A stretch of 12,674 nucleotides of DNA from Candidatus Altiarchaeales archaeon IMC4. GTDB taxonomy: Archaea > Altiarchaeota > Altiarchaeia > IMC4. The stretch lies in contig MCBF01000001.1 of NCBI GenBank assembly GCA_001742785.1, positions 490,255-502,928 on the forward strand, given 5' to 3'. The notes under the pieces are model-generated. The model was given only the letters and a program-made list of their open reading frames with translations, did no database searches and was not told the origin of the DNA. Of this stretch, positions 1-5,625 are shown one piece after another (positions within the stretch are counted from its first letter, which is position 1; every line of letters begins with the position of its first letter). A program made the translations under genes and the position numbers.

Positions 1-1250
1 ATGAAACTCTTACCCTGCAATTTCCATGTCGCCATCACGCTGGCCATTATCGCGAACATACGCATCCCTTTCTCCGAGCGATGTCCGCCAAATATTTTCC
101 TCGCTACAACAGGGTGCCTCAGCAGACGTTCTGCATGGTTGTTATCCGGTGGAACAACTGGATTATACATGAACACGAATAATTTTTCCCTGTTCTTGCC
201 CAGCCACGCAATCAACTTTTTGACATCCTTGCCCGCCCTCTTTACCTCACATAAACCATCTAAACGCTTCATCAATTCGCCGCGGCATGCAGACCCTTCA
301 ACAGCATCATGATATAATCCCTTCAGGCCTTCATGTAAGGGTCTTGCTCCATAGTATCCCTTATCATGAATTCCGTTGGAATTCAGGACACCGAACCGCT
401 TTTTTGCGGTTCGCGTGTCGACCAACTTGTGGCTGTTCCTCAAGACGTGCGCCCAGCACTGCTGGTGCTTCTCAAAGTGGTTATATGCGCACCACCCGTC
501 GGATACGAACGTGCCGTCAAACCCACTCATGAAGTCGTCAACTACCTTCCTCCCCCGGGACGGGTCAACGTGGAATGCAGCGTGATCTTGAGAGGCGAAG
601 ACCCATAGCCACTGATTCACGCCATTCAGCCGCCATCCGGTCTCGTCTCCGTGAACAACCTTGCTGTTTTTCACATGCCTGTGGATTTCACCATACAACG
701 GCTCAAATGCACCTGCGGTGCGCTCTGTAAGATCCTTTACCGTGGCGGGTGTTATCTCCAGCCCGCAGAGATCACTCATGGTTTCTGCCACGCCCCTTAT
801 GGGCATGCGCTGTTTGTGCCGCAAGTAACTTGCCATCAGATGCACGTTGTAGTCGAATCTCCCGATTGCAGGTACCTGCTTGTGGACGATTTCGTGACAA
901 CTTGGACATTCGTACTCGTGAACGAGATACTCGGTTACAACCCTCCGGGCAGGGACAATGCGCTCTACGATACGTGCATATACGCGGCGCGCCTGTGGAA
1001 CAACGGCCCCGCATTTCGTACAGTTATCGAGTTCCCAACTGATGGTTTCATCCGGCTTGGGTGTCTCTCTGGTGGTTCCCTCGTGGCCTTCTTTACGACC
1101 GGGCTTCTTCGGCCTTCGCTTTTGATGCTTTGGCTGATACTCCAGATTGGAAACGCGTTTCTTTAGTTCGGCGTTCTCCCGCAAAACCACTTCAAGTAAT
1201 GGTCTGCATTTGGGGCATACCTCCTCCAGCAGATTATCAAAAGATGTCAT
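1..1250 (-). CDS. IS66-family DDE transposase (TnpC-like), 3'-partial, at least 416 aa; absent from the ORF track because it has no stop in the window
   Basis: Manual translation from ATG 1250: MTSFDNLLEEVCPKC..., KPGRKEGHEG, Zn-finger CTKCG...YECPSC, VHGDETGW...WLWVF, FVSDGWCAY, QQCWAHVLR, PPDNNHAERLLRHPVVARKIFGGHRSEKG...SVMATWKLQG. The frame stays open to position 3. Confidence 0.93.
   Translation of the reverse strand, partial: MTSFDNLLEEVCPKCRPLLEVVLRENAELKKRVSNLEYQPKHQKRRPKKPGRKEGHEGTTRETPKPDETISWELDNCTKCGAVVPQARRVYARIVERIVPARRVVTEYLVHEYECPSCHEIVHKQVPAIGRFDYNVHLMASYLRHKQRMPIRGVAETMSDLCGLEITPATVKDLTERTAGAFEPLYGEIHRHVKNSKVVHGDETGWRLNGVNQWLWVFASQDHAAFHVDPSRGRKVVDDFMSGFDGTFVSDGWCAYNHFEKHQQCWAHVLRNSHKLVDTRTAKKRFGVLNSNGIHDKGYYGARPLHEGLKGLYHDAVEGSACRGELMKRLDGLCEVKRAGKDVKKLIAWLGKNREKLFVFMYNPVVPPDNNHAERLLRHPVVARKIFGGHRSEKGMRMFAIMASVMATWKLQGKSF
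366..419. repeat. 54-bp twin-hairpin palindromic element lying in-frame in the transposase gene (copy 1)
   Basis: TGAATTCC-GTT-GGAATTCA (367-385), then GACAC-CGAACCGC-TTTTTT-GCGGTTCG-C-GTGTC (387-419). Same architecture as 2567-2621. Confidence 0.75.
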
Positions 1251-1251
1251 T

Positions 1252-1270
1252 GTGTAATGCCACATTACAC
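1252..1270. promoter_or_regulatory. Perfect 8-bp hairpin immediately upstream of the transposase start codon
   Basis: GTGTAATG-CCA-CATTACAC, separated from the minus-strand ATG at 1250 by 1 nt. Confidence 0.55.
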
Positions 1271-1295
1271 CCTACAAAACCAACCAGCCACATGG

Positions 1296-1322
1296 ATTTA
1301 TTAGGACTTCGCCCTAATAAAT
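1296..1322. repeat. Perfect 10-bp subterminal hairpin inside the IS left end
   Basis: ATTTATTAGG-ACTTCGC-CCTAATAAAT. On the minus strand the loop is GCGAAGT (C-GAA-G triloop). Confidence 0.6.
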
Positions 1323-1323
1323 A

Positions 1324-1336
1324 GCTAAACAGTTAC
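1324..1336 (-). repeat. IS66 left terminal inverted repeat (inner boundary uncertain)
   Basis: GTAACTGTTTAGC on the minus strand. The partner repeat is outside the window. Confidence 0.75.
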
Positions 1337-2425
1337 ACGCTTCGAAAGCCCCATTATTCCCACGTCCATGAAGCCCCTGACAATCGTGGACATCGCCTCG
1401 TCATGGCTCAACCCGCGCGACATAAGGTATGTTATCTCCTTTTCCGCAATCTTCCCGACCGCCGCCTCGTGCGACAGTTCTATGTCCTTTTTGCTTCCGA
1501 TAATCTCGGGGATTGCGTGAATACGCGAATTATCATCTAAAATCAGCCCCCTGCACTCAAGGTGGCCCTTCGCCGGGGACTCTATCCCCTCGAGCATCCC
1601 GCGTGCGATAATTTGAGAATCGCCAGAGACCATAGTCCTTGATACGATCTCCGCCCTGCTGTTCTTGCCCGAAAGCTCGACAGCGGAGCCGACGTCTATT
1701 TTCGAGCCGTCTTTTGCGTAAATGATGCTGTTGAAACTGGCGGTCGAACCCACGCCCTTGCAGAACGCTTTCGGGTACATCTGCAGGTCTTTGACGGGAT
1801 TCATGCAGATATAGTTGGAGACGAACGTTGCACCGTCATCTACCAGCGCGGCGCTTCTCGGCCTTACAACGGTTTCCTCGGACCAGTTGTGGATCATCGT
1901 GAAGTTCAGTTTCGCTCCTTTTTTTACAAAGAACTCGGAAATGCCGACATGCTCCCCCGATGATTCTTTATGCAGTGCGCAGCCGGTTATGATCGACGCC
2001 TCGGACCCCTCTTCTGCGATCACTATGTTGTGGACCCTCTGTTTCAAACCCTTTTCCGATATGAACAAGCAGGACTGAAGCGGAAGTTCCACTTTCGCGC
2101 CCTTCAGTATCCTCAGGAAGTAGCCTCCGCTGAACTCCCGATCCGCGGCCCTCGTGTACTCGTCCTTGTTCTTGTCCACAAGATGCCAGCGGTAATCCTC
2201 GAGCCACCCGTATTTCCCAAGGGCGTCTTTTATGTCCATTACCTCGATTTTCCCCTCGAATTTTTCATTCACCTTGCTCATAACTGTCGAGTGGTCAATG
2301 TGGAAAAAAGAGCCGGCTCTGCCCTCCTCCTTGTCTATACCCGCCTTCATCGCCTCCTCAAGGATTTCGTGGGGTATTTCGGTTAGTGAGTTTACTTTTT
2401 TCATCGTAACATTATCATTTTGCAT
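1325..2425 (-). CDS. sufB: Fe-S cluster assembly scaffold SufB/SufD family (SmsB type), 3'-truncated by IS66; alternative start at 2404
   Basis: Motifs VELPLQSCL, QRVHNIVIAEEGS, GISEFFVKKGAKL, GHLECRGL, AIPEI, LSHEAAVGKI, YLMSRGL...IVRGF. The last codons VTV* (GTA ACT GTT TAG) are the IS terminal repeat. Confidence 0.92.
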   Translation of the reverse strand: MQNDNVTMKKVNSLTEIPHEILEEAMKAGIDKEEGRAGSFFHIDHSTVMSKVNEKFEGKIEVMDIKDALGKYGWLEDYRWHLVDKNKDEYTRAADREFSGGYFLRILKGAKVELPLQSCLFISEKGLKQRVHNIVIAEEGSEASIITGCALHKESSGEHVGISEFFVKKGAKLNFTMIHNWSEETVVRPRSAALVDDGATFVSNYICMNPVKDLQMYPKAFCKGVGSTASFNSIIYAKDGSKIDVGSAVELSGKNSRAEIVSRTMVSGDSQIIARGMLEGIESPAKGHLECRGLILDDNSRIHAIPEIIGSKKDIELSHEAAVGKIAEKEITYLMSRGLSHDEAMSTIVRGFMDVGIMGLSKRVTV

Positions 2426-2511
2426 TTTTCATTGTCTTATAAGGTATAGGTTTTTCTCACACAGAGCCGCAAAGAATTATTTGTATTTTTTTCCTTTGTG
2501 TCTTCGTGGCT

Positions 2512-2621
2512 TCCTCGTGAATCGAAGATTCACGGGACAAGCGATTCCTCGAAGGAATCGATGTCCCGTATCCCTCGTAGGGATACGAGGACACCGTTTT
2601 GCTGTTCGCAAAACGCGTGTT
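2512..2621. repeat. Cluster of four tandem hairpins: copy 2 of the twin-hairpin element, an inverted partial copy and a central hairpin
   Basis: CGTGAATC-GAA-GATTCACG (2516-2534), CGATTCCT-CGA-AGGAATCG (2542-2560), CGTATCCCT-CGT-AGGGATACG (2567-2587), ACAC-CGTTTTGC-TGTTC-GCAAAACG-C-GTGT (2591-2620). Confidence 0.85.
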
Positions 2622-2639
2622 AGTTTCAATTTTGGGTTT

Positions 2640-3539
2640 TTAACGAGCCGCCTTTAGAAGTCCTTTACCATAATCTATTGAAGAAGAAAAGCCAATTCCT
2701 ACTTGAGATACTTCACCAATATATCTTAAGTTTTCATTATAAGTTTCAACGGATAGTCTAATTGGATCAACTCCTCCAAAGGTCGCAATAGGGGAATAGT
2801 CTGAAGGTAATTTAATGAATCTTCTTTCATCTATATGATTTGCTCTTGCGTTAATTACCCCTATAACTTTTCCATCCACCCCTGAAAATAATGGCCCACC
2901 ACTATTCCCTCTATTAACAAACGCATTAATCATAAAAACATTAACTGATTCTTCTTTTCCAGTATGTTTATACAAACACCTGCCAGATAACACTCCTTTA
3001 TGAGTAAGTGGATACCTAAATTCAAGAGGATATCCAATAAATCCAATGTCCATTCCATCCGTCAGTTCTTCTTTTTCTGCCAACTCTAAATATTGAAAGT
3101 TTTTACCTTCAACTTTTATTAGAGCAACATCTGCGTTGTTATCTATTGAAATGGTTGTAGCATTATATTGTTTAAAGTTATTCCCATCGAAAACACTGAC
3201 AATAATTTTATCTTTAGCTTCATGCACTACATGCTCTGCAGTTAAAATATATCCATCTTCACTTACAAAAAAACCAGTTCCCGAAGAAACTACTTTATTA
3301 TCTTGGACTAAATATTCTCCACCCATAAATGGGACATTTGTAAGTTCAGTTTCTGCTATAATCCATACAACTGCAGGTTTTACCTTTTCCACTATTTCTG
3401 AAAAATTATTAGTCATAACAATCTTCTCCTCTTTGATTAAATCGAGATTATCAATCTTATGATTTAAATAGAGAAAAGCTACAACTATTAAAAATATTGC
3501 TATATATGGAAACCATTTCTGAATCCTTTTTTCTGCCAT
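2640..3539 (-). CDS. Membrane-anchored trypsin-like serine protease (S1C/HtrA-like, no PDZ domain), 299 aa
   Basis: N-terminal TM FPYIAIFLIVVAFLYL; VKPAVV, SGTGFFV, triad TAEHVV / DVALIK / GNSGGP. Start placed at ATG 3539, just downstream of a TATA box, rather than TTG 3593. AT-rich (17/60 GC in line 2701). Confidence 0.9.
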   Translation of the reverse strand: MAEKRIQKWFPYIAIFLIVVAFLYLNHKIDNLDLIKEEKIVMTNNFSEIVEKVKPAVVWIIAETELTNVPFMGGEYLVQDNKVVSSGTGFFVSEDGYILTAEHVVHEAKDKIIVSVFDGNNFKQYNATTISIDNNADVALIKVEGKNFQYLELAEKEELTDGMDIGFIGYPLEFRYPLTHKGVLSGRCLYKHTGKEESVNVFMINAFVNRGNSGGPLFSGVDGKVIGVINARANHIDERRFIKLPSDYSPIATFGGVDPIRLSVETYNENLRYIGEVSQVGIGFSSSIDYGKGLLKAAR

Positions 3540-3562
3540 ATAATTTAGATAGTTTAATCTAT

Positions 3563-3578
3563 TATTTAAATACTTCGG
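3563..3578 (-). promoter_or_regulatory. Archaeal BRE/TATA promoter for the protease gene (probably leaderless)
   Basis: Minus strand CCGAAGTA-TTTAAATA, with the TATA 24-31 nt upstream of ATG 3539. Confidence 0.6.
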
Positions 3579-3654
3579 CGGCTCTAAACCCAAAACTTTG
3601 GATTTTTCGGACTTCGTCCGAATGTTGCACTAAACTCCAACCTCTATCGAGGGA

Positions 3655-3744
3655 AACTAACAGGAATTTAACGGTTCCAAAACCTTGCAGGTTTCTCCAC
3701 CCAAATCGCACTTCGCGCGACTTCGTTAAATTCCGATGTTGTGT
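3655..3744 (+). other. attC-like recombination site (90 bp)
   Basis: AACTAAC-A-GGAATTTAACG (3663-3673) ... CGTTAAATTCC (3724-3734)-GAT-GTTGTGT: AAC/GTT cores, perfect 11-bp stem, two internal sub-hairpins (3680-3694, 3703-3723). The second pairs fully only on the minus strand (G-T pairs). Confidence 0.62.
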
Positions 3745-3785
3745 GAACATTATGATTTTTCACTTTACCTTTTGCATTTGCAATT

Positions 3786-4517
3786 CTACGCCATCTTGTG
3801 GCACGCTATGCACTTTTGGTACCCGACCGTGCGTATCTCGTCGAGCACCTGCTTTGGGTTCTTTATGCAGTGTATCCTCCCGTCGACCATGACGCACCCC
3901 TTTTCGCTCTTGAGGTAGTCAAGCACCTCGCCCTGGTGGGTTATTATCAAGGCAGAAGCCCCGCTTTTCTCGATGTAGTTTTGCACCTCGCCCGCAATCA
4001 GCCTCAGGCTTTCTATGTCAACGCCGGAGTCCGGTTCGTCCAGTAGCAGGAGTTTCGGCTTCATAAAAAGCAGCTGCAGTATCTCGGCGCGCTTTTTTTC
4101 GCCTCCAGAGAACCCTGCGTTTATGTCGCGGTCAAGAAATTCACTGAGTCGGAGCTTCTCAACGAGTTTCCGTTCGTCTTTCGACAGGTCCTCTTTCGGG
4201 CCTTTCCCGGAGCATATCCTTATCATGTCCCGCAGTTTTACGCCGGTTATCTCGGGGGGCTGCTGGAACCCGGTGCCTATGCCTAATTTTGCCCGCCCGT
4301 CCATGGCGAGTTTTGTTATGTCCTTGCCAAGAAAAGTTATGCCGCCGGAGGTTACGCTGTAGCCGGGCATGCCCGAAATCGCCATCATCAGCGTCGTTTT
4401 CCCCGAGCCGTTTGGGCCGAACATCGTCCAGGTCTCGCCCTCCGGGATTTCGAGGTTCACGCCGTGCAGTATCTCCTTGCCGGAAACGGAAACCTTCAGG
4501 TTGCTGATAGAGAGCAT
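3786..4517 (-). CDS. sufC: Fe-S cluster assembly ABC ATPase SufC (SmsC type with C-terminal CxxC)
   Basis: Walker A GPNGSGKT, Q-loop GFQQPPEI, signature GFSGGEKKR, Walker B LLLLDEPDSGVD, H-loop IITH, C-terminal CIAC. Confidence 0.95.
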   Translation of the reverse strand: MLSISNLKVSVSGKEILHGVNLEIPEGETWTMFGPNGSGKTTLMMAISGMPGYSVTSGGITFLGKDITKLAMDGRAKLGIGTGFQQPPEITGVKLRDMIRICSGKGPKEDLSKDERKLVEKLRLSEFLDRDINAGFSGGEKKRAEILQLLFMKPKLLLLDEPDSGVDIESLRLIAGEVQNYIEKSGASALIITHQGEVLDYLKSEKGCVMVDGRIHCIKNPKQVLDEIRTVGYQKCIACHKMA

Positions 4518-4561
4518 TTTGGGATACTATGTTAATCATTATTCATTGCGATAAATAACCA

Positions 4562-5470
4562 ATGGAAATCAGGCAGAATGTAGTAATGTTCGTCGGCAAG
4601 GGAGGGGTCGGAAAAACAACGATGTCGGCCGCAACCGCCCTGCATTTCGCATCGCATGGGGAAAAAACGCTTATAATCTCGACAGACCCCGCGCCGTCGC
4701 TTTCGGACATATTCGGCAAAGATGTCGGGGACAGGGAGACGGAAATCACCGAAAACCTTTACGCCATCGAGCTCAGCTTTGACGAGGTCCTCCGCAGGTG
4801 GAAGGAAAAGTTCGGGCCAGAAATCTACGATGTCATCTCATCATTTTTCGACGTCGATTACGACATCGTGGACTATATCGGCGGCGCGCCGGGCATAGAC
4901 GAGGAGTTCATGCTCGACTACATACACGGGATTTTCAGGGAGGGCAGGTACGACCGCATCGTCTGGGATACAGCGCCTGCGGGGCATACGATGAGGCTTT
5001 TGAATTTTCCATCGAAATTTATCGGGCACCTTGAGGAGGCAAGCGGGGTGTACATGAAGGCGTTCAACTACATGGAGCGCGTAAAGGGACTCGGAAGCAA
5101 AAAGAAAAAGCCGGTTTTCGGGATAATCGAGGGCTGGAAAAAGTTAGCCGAAGAAACCGCCGCTTTCGTGAAAGACGATAAAACGGTCGGCTACATCGCA
5201 GTTACAATCCCTGAATTTTTGGGCGTCAGCCAGACAAAAAGGACAATCGAAGAATTAAAGGATTTCGGGATAAATGTGAAGCACCTGATAATCAACAACG
5301 TCATAAAAAAGCCGGACTGCGATTTTCATAAAAGGCGCATGAAGATGCAGGAAAAATACATAAGGGAACTCTCCGAAGCCGCGCCGGAAATAACGGAAAT
5401 CCCGATGTCGGCCGATGAGATAAAGGGGGCCGAAAAACTCCGGGCGATCGGGAGGGTTCTGTTTGGTTGA
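4562..5470 (+). CDS. Single-domain ArsA/Get3(TRC40)-family ATPase
   Basis: GKGGVGKTT, ISTDPAPSLSD, PGIDE, DTAPAGHT, V/T-PE..., IINNV, CDFHKRRMKMQ. 302 aa. No ars genes adjacent. Confidence 0.92.
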   Translation: MEIRQNVVMFVGKGGVGKTTMSAATALHFASHGEKTLIISTDPAPSLSDIFGKDVGDRETEITENLYAIELSFDEVLRRWKEKFGPEIYDVISSFFDVDYDIVDYIGGAPGIDEEFMLDYIHGIFREGRYDRIVWDTAPAGHTMRLLNFPSKFIGHLEEASGVYMKAFNYMERVKGLGSKKKKPVFGIIEGWKKLAEETAAFVKDDKTVGYIAVTIPEFLGVSQTKRTIEELKDFGINVKHLIINNVIKKPDCDFHKRRMKMQEKYIRELSEAAPEITEIPMSADEIKGAEKLRAIGRVLFG

Positions 5471-5554
5471 GGGCTATAAGTTACTGGATTGGACAGCGGC
5501 ATCAACAGCGCGCAAATCTTTTTAGCGCGGCACAAAAACCAATTGTCCGGCAGA

Positions 5555-5575
5555 GCCCATATGGCGCATCTGGGC
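5555..5575. promoter_or_regulatory. Candidate operator palindrome just upstream of the hydrogenase TATA box
   Basis: GCCCATATG-GCG-CATCTGGGC (8 of 9 positions pair). Confidence 0.4.
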
Positions 5576-5580
5576 ATGCA

Positions 5581-5590
5581 TTTATATATA
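5581..5590 (+). promoter_or_regulatory. TATA box for the hydrogenase operon
   Basis: TTTATATATA 36-45 nt upstream of ATG 5626, in an AT-rich patch within GC-rich DNA. Confidence 0.55.
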
Positions 5591-5625
5591 ATAATTAATG
5601 ATTAATATACCGAGCTTCTAAAAAA

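Larger units (their letters stand above)
1..1336 (-). mobile_element. IS66-family insertion sequence, single-ORF (ISBst12-like) organisation; left end at 1336, right end outside the window
   Basis: Minus strand begins GTAACTGTTTAGC at 1336 (IS66 ends start with GTAA). The IS66 transposase ATG is 86 bp inside, leaving no room for tnpA/tnpB. The element abuts and truncates sufB. Confidence 0.88.
2620..3738 (+). mobile_element. Putative integron-type gene cassette (inverted protease gene plus attC-like site) between sufB and sufC
   Basis: Begins G|TTAGTTTC (2619-2627). Its attC-like site begins with the exact reverse complement GAAACTAAC (3653-3661) and closes at G|TT (3738-3740). The cargo is low-GC and interrupts a normally adjacent gene pair. 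Confidence 0.6.

Noticed and set aside
1..1324. Plus-strand ORFs 1-312, 287-532, 366-608, 651-1166, 1061-1324 and others
   Set aside because: They are antisense or off-frame shadows of the minus-strand IS66 transposase.
2459..2508. Imperfect inverted repeat CACAGAGCCGCAAAG ... CTTTGTGTCTTCGTG (11/15)
   Set aside because: Too degenerate to call without more copies, though it could be a decayed repeat end.
2512..2621. CRISPR array or tRNA
   Set aside because: No identical repeats with unique spacers; the branched fold lacks tRNA D/T-loop consensus and a 7-nt anticodon loop.
3540..3593. TTG start extending the protease by 18 aa
   Set aside because: The extension overlaps the TATA/BRE and repeat motif; ATG 3539 gives a normal basic N-region followed by the TM helix.
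2406..3762. Similar motifs AAAATGATAATGTT (upstream of sufB) and AAAATCATAATGTT (downstream of sufC) as Fur-like boxes or an insertion duplication
   Set aside because: Short and AT-rich, and they do not coincide with the inferred cassette boundaries.
3765..3788. In-frame NCKCKR after the sufC TAG, suggesting amber read-through adding Cys ligands
   Set aside because: SufC already ends with its CxxC at normal length, other genes here use TAG as an ordinary stop, and there is no evidence of recoding.
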